From assembly GCA_040386315.1 (NCBI GenBank), contig JAZKFS010000030.1, positions 13,135-76,858 of the forward strand: a stretch of DNA of 63,724 nucleotides, in the 5' to 3' direction. Both the position numbers and the translations under genes were made by a program. Numbering within the stretch: the stretch's first letter is position 1; each line of letters begins with the position of its first letter. Under the pieces are notes generated by a model. The model was not told the DNA's origin and made no database searches. It was given only the letters and a program-made list of their open reading frames with translations. This DNA is from Bacteroidota bacterium (GTDB lineage Bacteria > Bacteroidota > Ignavibacteria > Kapaibacteriales > DASPKH01). Below, one piece after another: positions 6,938 through 17,079 of the stretch.

Positions 6938-8971
6938 CTACTCCGCCTTCTTCGCCTTCACCGGCACAATCACTTCTCGCGCATTACTAAAATTATTCAT
7001 AATTTCCTGCTCAATCGGATGCCGAATAATTTCCGGCTGCGGTTCAGGCTCCTGCTGGATTTGCTCGACTTTTTCCTGCTCTTTAAAAACATTCGACGCA
7101 TTGGCCAGCGCATCCGCCGGACTTTGCGCAATATTTTCTTTTAAAAATTCTTTTACCGGTTCTTTTACAACTTCCTTCGCCGCTCCGTTTCCATTCGCTG
7201 AAGAACCATTTTTAAAACTTTCCTGCGGTAAAATTTCCTTCGCAACGCCATTTGCCATCGTGCCAACCGACAAATGCAGATTCACCGCTGCGCCAAAAAA
7301 ATTTGTCAGAGCTTCTATCAGCGCGCCTTTTACATCTTTAAAACTTTCCGATTCAAACTTACTGCCAAAATGCAGAATCACTTCGCCATTTAAAAACTGC
7401 GGTTTTAACGAAGCGGAATACTGGATCAAATATTGCAACGGCTTGTGTTCGGCTGCGAGATTTTGCACAAATTGCGGCCAGCCCGCCTGAAGTTTCCCTG
7501 CTGAAATATCACCTTTTAAAACTTCGCTTTCCGGTTTTTTAACAGTTTCCGGCGCAGGCGTTTCAATTTTACTTTCAGCTTTTAAAGAATTGTTTGTAAA
7601 ACCTTTTTCTTCACTTTTAAAAGCAACGTCCGGCGCGGCAATTTCACTTTTTACTTCTGCGGGAATATCAGTTTTTTTTACAACATTTTCCGGCTGTGCT
7701 GAATAACTTGGTGCTGTTTCTTTTAAAACCGGCTCGCTTTTAAAAGTTTGTGGCGGCGGAAATTGCTGTGATTGCGGAATATTTTGTTGGGAATTATTCT
7801 GCTGCGGAAATCCACCTTTTTTTAAAAGCTCGATTTCTTTTAAAAGCTGCGTGATTTCAATCGCCGAATCCATCGTCGCCATTTGCACGAGCGCTGTTTC
7901 AAAGCGGATGCGCGGCTGCGGAGCGTGTTTTAAAGCAGCTTCCGTGGATGTCGTCAGCGTCATTAAACGCAAAATATCGGGCTGAACAAAATGTGCCGCC
8001 TCAATTTCATATTTATCAAGGAAAAGCGACGACGTTTCGATCAGCTTCGTCGAACCCGTCGCGAGAATCGTGAGAATATTCCGGAAATGTTCCAGTAGCC
8101 CGTTTAAAAATTCCTGTGTGTCGTACCCTTTTGAAAGAACTTCGCGCGCGATGTCAAACATTTTCGGCACGTCGTGTTCGCGGATGGCGCGGCTCACGGT
8201 AAAGAAAAATTCCTGGTCAATCAGATGCAGCGCTTCATTCACATCGGAGTAATGAATATCGCGCCCGCAGAACGCGACAACCTGGTCGAAAACGCTCTGC
8301 GAATCACGCATCGAACCTTCCGCTTTTTTGGCAATTGCCACAAGTGATTGCTCATCCAGCTCAATTCCTTCCTTTCCTGCGATGTAGCGGATCTGCGCGA
8401 CAATCGTGTCAATTTCCATGCGGCGGAAATCAAAGCGCTGGCAGCGGCTGATAATCGTCGCGGGAAGCTTGTGCGGTTCGGTCGTGGCAAAAACAAAAAG
8501 CAGATGCGGCGGCGGCTCTTCAAGCGTTTTTAAAAGCGCGTTGAAGGCTGACGTGGAAAGCATGTGGACTTCGTCAATGATGTACATTTTGTACAGGCCG
8601 CTCACGGGCGGATATTTCGCGTTTTCGCGCAACTTGCGGATGTCGTCCACCGAGTTATTCGACGCGCCGTCAATCTCAATCACATCCATCGAACGCCCGT
8701 CCACGACTTCCTGACACGACGGGCAATTATTACATGGCTCGGCATCGTCGCCACGATTGGGACAGTTGACAGCGCGCGCCATCACGCGGGCGGTCGTCGT
8801 CTTGCCCACGCCACGCGGCCCATTAAAAAGGTACGCATGGTGAATCCGCCCCGAGCGCAACGCATTGCGCAGCGTCGTGGTGACGTGCTCCTGCCCCACG
8901 ATGTCTTCAAAGCGCATCGGACGCCACTTTCGCGCGGTAACGATAAATTGTTCGTGTGGATTTTCAGCCAT
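6938..8971 (-). CDS. dnaX: DNA polymerase III subunit tau/gamma
   Basis: 677 aa. Contains RKWRP..FEDIVGQEHV, GPRGVGKTT, the Zn module CNNCPSC, IIDEVHMLS and TTEPHKLPATIISRCQ, followed by a long low-complexity linker and a C-terminal tau-type region. Confidence 0.95.
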   Translation of the reverse strand: MAENPHEQFIVTARKWRPMRFEDIVGQEHVTTTLRNALRSGRIHHAYLFNGPRGVGKTTTARVMARAVNCPNRGDDAEPCNNCPSCQEVVDGRSMDVIEIDGASNNSVDDIRKLRENAKYPPVSGLYKMYIIDEVHMLSTSAFNALLKTLEEPPPHLLFVFATTEPHKLPATIISRCQRFDFRRMEIDTIVAQIRYIAGKEGIELDEQSLVAIAKKAEGSMRDSQSVFDQVVAFCGRDIHYSDVNEALHLIDQEFFFTVSRAIREHDVPKMFDIAREVLSKGYDTQEFLNGLLEHFRNILTILATGSTKLIETSSLFLDKYEIEAAHFVQPDILRLMTLTTSTEAALKHAPQPRIRFETALVQMATMDSAIEITQLLKEIELLKKGGFPQQNNSQQNIPQSQQFPPPQTFKSEPVLKETAPSYSAQPENVVKKTDIPAEVKSEIAAPDVAFKSEEKGFTNNSLKAESKIETPAPETVKKPESEVLKGDISAGKLQAGWPQFVQNLAAEHKPLQYLIQYSASLKPQFLNGEVILHFGSKFESESFKDVKGALIEALTNFFGAAVNLHLSVGTMANGVAKEILPQESFKNGSSANGNGAAKEVVKEPVKEFLKENIAQSPADALANASNVFKEQEKVEQIQQEPEPQPEIIRHPIEQEIMNNFSNAREVIVPVKAKKAE
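7668..7681 (-). promoter_or_regulatory. dnaX: putative dnaX recoding site (A8 slippery run plus -1 frame UGA)
   Basis: The coding strand reads GTA AAA AAA ACT GAT (V431 K432 K433 T434). A -1 slip on A-AAA-AAA reads AAC TGA. This position is equivalent to the E. coli gamma frameshift site. Confidence 0.5.
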
Positions 8972-9013
8972 GGTTTTAAAAGTCTATATAATTTGCTGAG
9001 TTTACAATATAAT

Positions 9014-9115
9014 TGTCATTCCCGCAAGCGACAGCGCGTCGGGAATCTTTCTTCCGACGTGAGCATGACGCGTCCTGCTTACGATTAAGAAAGATTCCGG
9101 GCAAGCCGGAATGAC
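9014..9115. repeat. palindromic intergenic element (GTCATTCCCGCAAGCGACAGCGCGTCGGGAATC ... GATTCCGGGCAAGCCGGAATGAC)
   Basis: Self-hairpin arms, an inner TTTCTT/AAGAAA pair and a central ATGACGCGTCC core. Near-copy at 44394-44484. Confidence 0.9.
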
Positions 9116-9366
9116 GGAAGGCAGAATTCTTTCTTTAAAGAAAATTTATACAAAACTAAGACAACGAAGCAAGCACTTTATTTCGTAATTTTCTTTTAAA
9201 AAATCACCTGCAAAGATACGGACAATTCGCGTATTCAATTTTTAAAACCGTAATGTTTTAAAAGTACAAGTGTTATTACAAAAAAGCAAAATATACTTTT
9301 TTAAAACGAAGCGCAAGGATATTCGTTACTTTTAAAAATCACCTTTTAAAGAAATTCCCCAATTGT

Positions 9367-12210
9367 ATGAAATCAATTCTTACTTTTCTTATTCTGGCTT
9401 TTTGTATCCTAACGGCGAGCGCGCAGGATTTTTCAAAAGCAAGAGTTCTGCCGGCTAATGATAAAAGAAAATCCGAAGTTCTGGCAAATACCGCGATAGT
9501 CCGTTTTAAAACAATGCCTGAGAATTCGCTTTTAAAAACATCGAAGGCGCAGATCTCCGGGCAGTTCTTAAAACCGGAACAATCGCTGAGCTTTAATAAA
9601 AGTCTTTTAAAAGCTCCGAAAAATTCAATTTTATCAGCGCAGAAAATTTCGGAGATCCAGCGGGCAGAAGCGCCTGTTTTAAAAACCGCGATCGTGACAT
9701 TTGAAGGGACGGAAACGCCGGAGGAATTCTGCCGGAGAATTGTAAAAGAAAATCCGAATGTGGAAATTGCCGAGCCGTATCGCGTTGCGCGGCTGCTCGG
9801 TGCGCCGAATGACGCTTTTAAAAGCCAGCAGGAATATCTGAATACGATTCACGCGTATGAAGCGTGGGATATTTTTGCGGGCGATACTTCTATGGTGATC
9901 GCGATTTCGGATAACGGGATTTTGCAGACGCATGAGGATTTGAAAAACTCAATTGCGCGGAATTACAAGGAAATCCCGAATAATGGAATTGATGATGATA
10001 ATAATTTCTATGTAGATGATTACGAAGGATATACCTTTGAGCCGGGCGTACCGAAGGGAAATACCGCCCCGGGCCAGGGCCTGAATGCCGGGCATGGAAC
10101 AAACGTGGCCGGAATAGCCGGAGCAACGTGGAATAATGGGATCGGAATAGCTGGCGTCGGGGCAAAGTGCCGGATATTTCCTTTAAAGATCGCACCAATA
10201 AGCGATCCAACCCAAATCGTGTATGGATATCAGGCGATCATCTATGCTGCCGAGAATAATTTTAAAGTGATTAACTGCTCGTGGGGTTCGCCGGGGGATT
10301 ATTCTTTTATAGAACAGTCTTTTATTGATCTTGCTGTGGCGCGGGGCGTTGCAATTGTAGCGGCGGCAGGGAATCTTTCAAATGCAATTCCGTATTATCC
10401 GGCTAATTATCGGGGTGTGCTGGGCGTTGGCGAGACGCAGCAGGATGATGTGATCTCCAATGTTTCCAATTATGGCGCGCACGTGGATATTATGGCGCCG
10501 GGCGATCACGCATATACCACCAGCAAAAATGATTATTACGAGGATGCAGGCGGCGGAACGTCATTTGCTTCGCCAATGGTGGCGGGAATGGTGGCGCTCA
10601 TCCAGGCAAAATATCCAAACCTTTCGCCGATCCAGGCGATAGAATTTGCACGGCATTCGGTTGATGATATTTCAGATGCAAATCCATTTTTTACAAAACT
10701 GATCCCGGGACGGATGAACCTGCTGAAAGCGATGACGGACAATCCGTTTGACCTGGCTTCAATTCGCCCGCTCGAACTTCAGGTGTTTACTCCGCAGCTT
10801 TTTGAAAAGTCGCGCCTTTCGCTTGGCGACACGGCTCTTTTAAAAATTCAGGCGCGGAATGAACTTGGCGCGGGGAAAAATGTGAAGTTTGTCATTTCCG
10901 TACATGAGGATTTCGATAATGCTGTGCAGATTATTCAGCCGGAAGTAATTATGGCTGACATTGCTCCATCGAGTAGTATTACCATTGAAAGTTTTAAAAT
11001 CAGGATTACACAGGCAAGCCGGAAAACAGTCTTTTTTCGTGTGGATATGACAGACGATAACGGCTATGTGGATTATTTCCTGCTGCCGTTCGTTCCGACA
11101 AGTGAAGTGACTACTTTTAAAAATCAGATTGCAGCATATTCGGTGAGTGATCGCGGCCGGCTGGGCTTTGGTAATTTTGAAAATCAGGGAAAGGAAGGCG
11201 TCGGATTTATCTATGCAGAACTTGGAAATATCCTGGATAAAGGCGGCCTGATCATTGCGCAAAGCCCGGAAAAGGTATTGAGCGCCGTTGAAAATAAAGA
11301 AAGTGAAAATGAATTCACTGTTGTAAAACCCTTCACTGCGCCGGATGAAAATACGGGAATCCTAAATGATGCTAATGCCGGCACAAAAAAGATCGGGATA
11401 GAAGCTACGCAATATTTCACGCTTTTAAAAGATTCCAATGGCATCGGCTACCTGAAAATTTCTTTAAAAAACACGTCAGGCGTGGTGCTGAATGATATTG
11501 CCGCAGGATATTTTTTCGATTGGGATGTGGAGTCGTATAAAAATAATTCCAGCCGGTTATTTCCTGAGGCAATTCCGCAAAATTCTTTAAAAACTGCCGA
11601 TGCGTGTATTGTTGAAAATAGCTTTACTCCTGTCGTGGCGGGTTGCGCGGTCAGCACATCGCAGCCGGGCGCTGAAGCACAGATATCGGTTTTTAATAAT
11701 AATGCCGAGCCGGGCGCATCATTTGACGACGCGACGCAATATGAAAGCATCACGAGCGGCACGTCGCTACGGTTTACCGGCACGTCGGATATTTTCGTGG
11801 TAGCCGGGATGAAATTTGCAGGCGCGTGGCAGCCAAATGAAATTAAAAGTTTCATCATGCTTTTTGGCGCGGCGAAAAATGCGGAAGAATTAAAAACGCG
11901 TTTTAAAACAATGCTGGATTCGACATTTACAAGGGTGAATGATATTACGTCTGAAAATGAGTTTTTAAAGATATATCCGCAGCCGGCGCGCAACATGTTT
12001 GTTTTGGAAGGGAATCTTAATGCGGAAAATGCCGAGATTTCTGTCTTTACTGTGGACGGACGAATTGTTTTGCCGCAGCATAGTATTTCAATTTCAAACG
12101 GAGTTTTAAAAACAAATATTTCTACGGAAAACCTCGCGCCGGGAATGTATTTCGTAAAGATACGCACGCAGGAAAGTATTACTGTACGCCCTTTTGTTGT
12201 AGCGCATTAG
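9367..12210 (+). CDS. S8 (subtilisin-family) serine peptidase with T9SS C-terminal sorting domain
   Basis: 947 aa with a signal peptide. The Asp-His-Ser triad lies in the contexts ISDNG, GHGTNVAGIAG and GGGTSFASPMVAG. The C-terminal about 80 aa (YPQPARNMF...GMYFVKI...) is a T9SS CTD. Confidence 0.9.
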   Translation: MKSILTFLILAFCILTASAQDFSKARVLPANDKRKSEVLANTAIVRFKTMPENSLLKTSKAQISGQFLKPEQSLSFNKSLLKAPKNSILSAQKISEIQRAEAPVLKTAIVTFEGTETPEEFCRRIVKENPNVEIAEPYRVARLLGAPNDAFKSQQEYLNTIHAYEAWDIFAGDTSMVIAISDNGILQTHEDLKNSIARNYKEIPNNGIDDDNNFYVDDYEGYTFEPGVPKGNTAPGQGLNAGHGTNVAGIAGATWNNGIGIAGVGAKCRIFPLKIAPISDPTQIVYGYQAIIYAAENNFKVINCSWGSPGDYSFIEQSFIDLAVARGVAIVAAAGNLSNAIPYYPANYRGVLGVGETQQDDVISNVSNYGAHVDIMAPGDHAYTTSKNDYYEDAGGGTSFASPMVAGMVALIQAKYPNLSPIQAIEFARHSVDDISDANPFFTKLIPGRMNLLKAMTDNPFDLASIRPLELQVFTPQLFEKSRLSLGDTALLKIQARNELGAGKNVKFVISVHEDFDNAVQIIQPEVIMADIAPSSSITIESFKIRITQASRKTVFFRVDMTDDNGYVDYFLLPFVPTSEVTTFKNQIAAYSVSDRGRLGFGNFENQGKEGVGFIYAELGNILDKGGLIIAQSPEKVLSAVENKESENEFTVVKPFTAPDENTGILNDANAGTKKIGIEATQYFTLLKDSNGIGYLKISLKNTSGVVLNDIAAGYFFDWDVESYKNNSSRLFPEAIPQNSLKTADACIVENSFTPVVAGCAVSTSQPGAEAQISVFNNNAEPGASFDDATQYESITSGTSLRFTGTSDIFVVAGMKFAGAWQPNEIKSFIMLFGAAKNAEELKTRFKTMLDSTFTRVNDITSENEFLKIYPQPARNMFVLEGNLNAENAEISVFTVDGRIVLPQHSISISNGVLKTNISTENLAPGMYFVKIRTQESITVRPFVVAH

Positions 12211-12278
12211 CGTGTTTTTAAAGCTTTTTTTTGTAATTTTAAAAAAACACGGCTGATAATTTTTAAAAGATCTTGATC

Positions 12279-13037
12279 ATGAATTCCATTCTCACCGACG
12301 TTCAGGGCGCAGTCGCCACGATCACGTTAAACCGTCCGGACAAACGAAACGCTCTCAATGCGGAAGTTCTACAAGAGCTTGCTGCTGCTTTTAAAAAATT
12401 CGAGCATGATGAATCGGTTCGCGTAGTGATACTCGCTGGAAATGGGAAGGTTTTTTGTGCGGGCGCGGACCTTAGCTATCTGCAGCAGGTTTCGCAATAT
12501 TCAATTTTAGAAAATGCGGCAGACTCACGGCTTTTGCAGGAAACATTCCACGCAATTTATACTTTTCCAAAACCTGTGATTGCCAAAGTTCATGGTGCGG
12601 CGATCGCGGGTGGATGCGGGCTTTCAACGGTTTGTGATTTTGTCGTTGGCGGTCGTGAGAAATCGCTTTTTGGTTATTCTGAAGTAAAGATCGGTTTTAT
12701 CCCGGCGGTTGTGATGGTCTATCTTTTAAAAAAGATCGGCGATACGCGCTCACGGAAACTGCTGCTTTCGGCGGAAAATATTTCAGCAGAAGAAGCGGAA
12801 AGGATCGGGCTGATCACACACGTTTGCGATGATGCGGAATTAGATGATTTCACACAGCAACTGGCTTTAAAACTTGCAGCGAACAGCATGTCATCCATGA
12901 TGCTGACAAAGGAAATGATGAATAACCTGCATGGAATGTCACTTGATTCAGGTTTGCGTTATGCGGCGCAGATGAACGCTTTCACGCGGATGACGGACGA
13001 TTGCAAAGCAGGGATTGCTTCATTTTTAAAACAATAA
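12279..13037 (+). CDS. enoyl-CoA hydratase/isomerase (crotonase) family protein
   Basis: Contains TLNRPDKRNALN, FCAGADL, KPVIAKVHGAAIAGGCGL and GFIP. ATG at 12279 (the tracked ORF starts at a TTG 6 nt upstream). Confidence 0.9.
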   Translation: MNSILTDVQGAVATITLNRPDKRNALNAEVLQELAAAFKKFEHDESVRVVILAGNGKVFCAGADLSYLQQVSQYSILENAADSRLLQETFHAIYTFPKPVIAKVHGAAIAGGCGLSTVCDFVVGGREKSLFGYSEVKIGFIPAVVMVYLLKKIGDTRSRKLLLSAENISAEEAERIGLITHVCDDAELDDFTQQLALKLAANSMSSMMLTKEMMNNLHGMSLDSGLRYAAQMNAFTRMTDDCKAGIASFLKQ

Positions 13038-13074
13038 CCTATCACTTTTTAAAAACTTTTTTAAAAGAATATTC

Positions 13075-13884
13075 ATGAAAAAACTGGCGACAATATTTAC
13101 CATGGCATTTTGTGCAATTGCTATTCACTCTGTAGCTTTTGCTCAGGCGGATATCCTGCTGACAGGGAAAATTACCGATGAAGCGACGGGAAAAGCTGTA
13201 AGCGCAAAATATGAAATTGTAGATTCCGAAGGAAAAAAAGTGCAGGGAAAATCTAATTCCGTAGGTGGCGCGTACCAGGCGATTTTAAAAGCCGGGCAGG
13301 ACTACACGATCAATATCACGAGTTTTGATATTTTAAAAAAGACGGAAGTTTTTTCTATCCCGGCAAGTGCGAAATACATAGAACATTCCCAGGATTTTAC
13401 TGTGAAAAAACTTGTGACGGGAACGCATCTTTACACGCTTCATGCATTTGACGCCAACCAGTCGTCCGTGCTTCCGACGGTAAATACCGAGCTTGGCGCA
13501 TTGCGTGATGTTTTAAAACAGAACCGGCTTTTAAAAGTGATCATCCAGGTAGGCTCGAATGATACGGAATTTCCAAAGCCAAAACCCGTGGAAGTGCCAA
13601 AAGCGAAAGCAAAAGCAAAACCAAAAAAAGGAAGTAAAAAAGGTGAAGTAGTGGTGCCGGTGCCTGATGTGGTAATCTCTACCGAGCCGGTAATTTCGCC
13701 GGAGCAGCAGCTGATGAATAATCGTATCGCGGCTTTAAAAGAATATTTCGCTGATGTGCGCAATGCTGAAGAGCGTATCAAATATGTCTGTGAAGTTCCC
13801 GGAACTGCTACAACTGCAAAAACGAAAACCGGAATTGCAAACCTGACGATCAATGTTGGCGAAGTAAAAGATATGTTTGAATAG
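13075..13884 (+). CDS. secreted protein with an OmpA-like C-terminal region interrupted by a Lys/Pro-rich insert
   Basis: Signal peptide ...VAFA-QA and an N-terminal CarboxypepD_reg-like beta segment. FDANQSSVLP...LRDVLKQN...VIIQV and NNRIAALKEYF resemble OmpA_C. The insert is PKPKPVEVPKAKAKAKPKKGSKK. Confidence 0.5.
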   Translation: MKKLATIFTMAFCAIAIHSVAFAQADILLTGKITDEATGKAVSAKYEIVDSEGKKVQGKSNSVGGAYQAILKAGQDYTINITSFDILKKTEVFSIPASAKYIEHSQDFTVKKLVTGTHLYTLHAFDANQSSVLPTVNTELGALRDVLKQNRLLKVIIQVGSNDTEFPKPKPVEVPKAKAKAKPKKGSKKGEVVVPVPDVVISTEPVISPEQQLMNNRIAALKEYFADVRNAEERIKYVCEVPGTATTAKTKTGIANLTINVGEVKDMFE

Positions 13885-13932
13885 TTTTTTAAAAGATTTC
13901 TTTTTAAAAGCGTGTTATGTTTTTAAAACGTA

Positions 13933-14328
13933 ATGCGCTTTTTTCTTTTAAAAAATATGAATTCCGACCTTTTTAAAAACTCGCCAAAACTGCCGAAAGA
14001 TTTTCACGAGCGCGTGTATGAGCTTGTCTGCCAGATCCCGTTTGGCAAAGTGACGACGTACGGGCACATCGCGCAGGCACTGGGTTTAAAATCTTCCGCA
14101 CGGATGGTTGGCTACGCACTGAATGCCGTGACTGACCGCGTCAATATTCCCTGCCACCGCGTGCTGAACCGCAACGGCGAGCTTTCCGGCAAAATGCACT
14201 TTGACACGCCGACGCTCATGCGCGAGCTGCTGGAAGGCGAAGGTGTGGAATTTGACGGTGATGCTGTAAATATGCAGAAGCACTTGTGGACGCCGCCGAT
14301 GCCGGATGATGATATGCGGCTGTTTTAA
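13933..14328 (+). CDS. MGMT-family (methylated-DNA-protein-cysteine methyltransferase DNA-binding domain) protein
   Basis: Contains VPFGKVTTYG-type IPFGKVTTYGHIA and the active-site-like IPCHRV. Only the C-terminal domain is present. An alternative start is ATG 13957. Confidence 0.8.
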   Translation: MRFFLLKNMNSDLFKNSPKLPKDFHERVYELVCQIPFGKVTTYGHIAQALGLKSSARMVGYALNAVTDRVNIPCHRVLNRNGELSGKMHFDTPTLMRELLEGEGVEFDGDAVNMQKHLWTPPMPDDDMRLF

Positions 14329-14427
14329 AAAAGCTTCTAAAATTTATCAGGGAATTATCCTTTTAAAAGCGCGTGTTTGATTTGTGCTTTTTAAAAGAAA
14401 CCTCAACGCATATAATTTCCCGCGCAC

Positions 14428-15063
14428 ATGCTATATTTGAAGCTTCTCATAACGCTTATTTTCCTGATACTTTTTTCTATGAATTCTATTTCAGAACCTG
14501 CGGCTATTATTACTGAGCCGCTCGTCAACATCGAACATATTGATCCGCGCATCGTTCTTGATATCCGCTACGCAACGACGAATAATTTTACAAAAAAAAT
14601 CCTGTATTCTGCGCCCAAATGTTTTCTTCGCGCGAGTGTTGCCGAGCGGCTGCATAAAGTACAGAACGACCTGGAGCCACTTGGGCTGGGTTTAAAAATC
14701 TACGATGGTTATCGTCCGCTCGCTGTACAGCGCGAACTCTGGCGGCTGACGCCAAGCAAAAAGTATGTAGCAAATCCGGCTATCGGCTCTAAGCATAATC
14801 GCGGTGCGGCGGTTGACCTCACGCTCATCCAGCTTTCTGATGGCGCAGAACTTCCTATGCCGTCGGGCTACGATGAATTTACAAAACGCGCGCACAGGAA
14901 TTATGCAGGCGCTACCGAAGAAGAAAAGAAAAACAGCAGAATGCTCGAATTTGCCATGATGAAGCATGGATTTATCCCGCTCCCGCATGAGTGGTGGCAT
15001 TTCGATGCAAAAGACTGGCGGAGATTTCCAATTATGGATATTCCTTTTAAAGATCTGCCATAG
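14428..15063 (+). CDS. D-alanyl-D-alanine dipeptidase (M15D, VanX/DdpX-like)
   Basis: Contains LDIRYATTNNF, IYDGYRP..VQ, SKHNRGAAVDLTL and EWWHFD. An N-terminal signal or anchor is present. Confidence 0.88.
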   Translation: MLYLKLLITLIFLILFSMNSISEPAAIITEPLVNIEHIDPRIVLDIRYATTNNFTKKILYSAPKCFLRASVAERLHKVQNDLEPLGLGLKIYDGYRPLAVQRELWRLTPSKKYVANPAIGSKHNRGAAVDLTLIQLSDGAELPMPSGYDEFTKRAHRNYAGATEEEKKNSRMLEFAMMKHGFIPLPHEWWHFDAKDWRRFPIMDIPFKDLP

Positions 15064-15093
15064 GAGCTTTTAAAAGAAATCGTTTTAAAAAGA

Positions 15094-15130
15094 AACCGGA
15101 ATAGTTTTTAAAAAGCTGTTCCGGTTTTTT
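15094..15130 (+). terminator. intrinsic terminator (member of the reused CCGGAATAG-TTTTTAAAA-CTGNTCCGG module)
   Basis: Reads AACCGGAATAGTTTTTAAAAAGCTGTTCCGGTTTTTT. Confidence 0.8.
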
Positions 15131-15245
15131 GTTTTTAAAAAGATCCTTTTTTAAGAAAACTTTTAAAAATTTTTTGCTTTAAAGAGAAAATTCCGTAAAT
15201 AGCTGAAAATTCACCTTCACTTTTTAAAACTAAGAGGAAACAGCT

Positions 15246-16910
15246 ATGAAAACGCTCCTTTTTCTTGCATTCATGCTCTGTGTATTCACCATCAGCGCAC
15301 AGGAATCTGTCATCACAGGACGCGTGACGGGCGCCGGTGGAACAATGCTACCGGTGGGCCATGTGCATCTGGTGCGCTACCAGACAAATGAAAAGCCGAT
15401 CTCAGCGGAAATCGGCAGAGATGGAAAGTACGTTTTAAAAACAACGGAAACCGGGCTTTTTTCGCTGCAATTTACCGGCGTAAACCACGATATGGCGTCC
15501 TTTCACCCACTTCTTCTGGACAAACCAAAAACATTTACAGCCGATGCTTCTTTAAAAAAGTACGGTTATAGTACTGATTTTAAAGAATTGTCCGTGATCG
15601 GTGATTTTAATAAGTTCTCTTTTACAGATCCGCTGCCAATGCAAAAGCAGCCGAACGGAACGTATTCAGTAGAAATTCCCACGACAGAAAGCGCTGTTAA
15701 ATACCAGATTTTAGGAATTGTAGAAATGAACGGCGGTGCGCGCAGCGTAAATGGTACGCAAAGTGAATCCTACGAATATGACGGTGGTGGAGATTACCGC
15801 TCAATTGTTACAGCGAAAAATGGCGTGGCAAAAATAGTCTTTGATCCGAAAAAGATCTCCCGTTCCACAGCAGAAGAAAAGATATTTGTAGATGAGATAG
15901 CAAGCCGATCTTTTAAAGAAATGACTGACCGCATTAATGTGCAGTCGCGTAAATATTACGGTGCATACATGTCGCACAAGTCGCAGGGTAAGCCGATGGG
16001 AGAATTTAAATTTGACCTATCAAAAGAATTTGAAGATGCTTTCCGTCGCGCTATCACAAAAAGCCCGGCTGAGCGCAGCGCGGGCTTATTTGAGTATATG
16101 TCGCTGGCAGCGCTTGCTAAAATGAATAATGACAGCACAGCATATCGTCCGGAAATCGTACGGCAGGCGCTGGCAGAAACCCCTGCGACATCATGGTACT
16201 GGGCGGTAAATCCCCAGTTGCCTGCACAGATCACGAGTCTAACTCGTGAAGAACGTTTTAAAAACTTCGCTGATGATATTGCAGAAAAGCATCCTGATAA
16301 AAGTCTTCGCGCGACTGTTCTCCTAAGACTGATGGAATTTAATTACAAAAAAGAGCATAACGAAACTTCGCTGAAATATTATAATCGCCTGGTAACTGAA
16401 TTTCCCGAGTCGTATCAGGCGAACATGGCTAAAGGACGTTTTAGCCCGGATCGCAATATCCAGCTGGGCAAGATAATTCCCCAATTTTCCATCGCATCGC
16501 TTGATGACAAGAACGTGACATTCAGCAATGAATCTTTAAAAGGAAAAGTGTGGCTCGTGGATTTCTGGGCGACGTGGTGCGGCCCGTGTATGGGGGAAAT
16601 GCCAAAAATCCATGCGGCGTATGAAAAATTTAAAGATCGCGGTTTCGATATTATCAGCTTGTCTTTCGACGCAAAACCGGAGGATGTTGGCAAAATGCGC
16701 GCAAAAGGGAAATTCCCAATGCCGTGGAAACACGCGTTTGTAGAAGGCGGTTTTAAAAGCGATCTTGGCAAGCAGTTTGAAGTGATGGGAATTCCAAAGC
16801 CGATCCTGATTGATTCACAGGGAAAAATTATCGCAGTAGAAAGTGAACTGCGCGGTGATAACCTGGATAAAACTTTAGAAAGTGTTCTTGGTGACTCATC
16901 TCAGAAATAG
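15246..16910 (+). CDS. TlpA/redoxin-family thiol:disulfide oxidoreductase with long N-terminal extension
   Basis: 554 aa with a signal peptide. The C-terminal part has WLVDFWATWCGPCMGEMP (thioredoxin CxxC). The N-terminal part has Ig/CBM-like and helical regions. Confidence 0.85.
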   Translation: MKTLLFLAFMLCVFTISAQESVITGRVTGAGGTMLPVGHVHLVRYQTNEKPISAEIGRDGKYVLKTTETGLFSLQFTGVNHDMASFHPLLLDKPKTFTADASLKKYGYSTDFKELSVIGDFNKFSFTDPLPMQKQPNGTYSVEIPTTESAVKYQILGIVEMNGGARSVNGTQSESYEYDGGGDYRSIVTAKNGVAKIVFDPKKISRSTAEEKIFVDEIASRSFKEMTDRINVQSRKYYGAYMSHKSQGKPMGEFKFDLSKEFEDAFRRAITKSPAERSAGLFEYMSLAALAKMNNDSTAYRPEIVRQALAETPATSWYWAVNPQLPAQITSLTREERFKNFADDIAEKHPDKSLRATVLLRLMEFNYKKEHNETSLKYYNRLVTEFPESYQANMAKGRFSPDRNIQLGKIIPQFSIASLDDKNVTFSNESLKGKVWLVDFWATWCGPCMGEMPKIHAAYEKFKDRGFDIISLSFDAKPEDVGKMRAKGKFPMPWKHAFVEGGFKSDLGKQFEVMGIPKPILIDSQGKIIAVESELRGDNLDKTLESVLGDSSQK

Positions 16911-16937
16911 TTTTTAAAAGAAATTCTTTTTAAAAAG

Positions 16938-16978
16938 AAAACCGGAGTAGTTTTTAAAAAGCTAATCCGGTTTTTTTT
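16938..16978 (+). terminator. intrinsic terminator (same module family)
   Basis: Reads AAACCGGAGTAGTTTTTAAAAAGCTAATCCGGTTTTTTTT. Confidence 0.8.
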
Positions 16979-17079
16979 GTTTTTAAAATCAAATCTTTTA
17001 AAGAAAAATCTCATTATATACGATAAATTCTTATCTTGCAGGAAGTAAACAGACGCTATATTTTTTTTAAAGAACTGAT

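Noticed and set aside
11448-12167. A 239-aa minus-strand ORF inside the S8 peptidase gene.
   Set aside because: It lies antisense to the C-terminal region and T9SS domain of a clearly coding frame, and it has no recognisable features.
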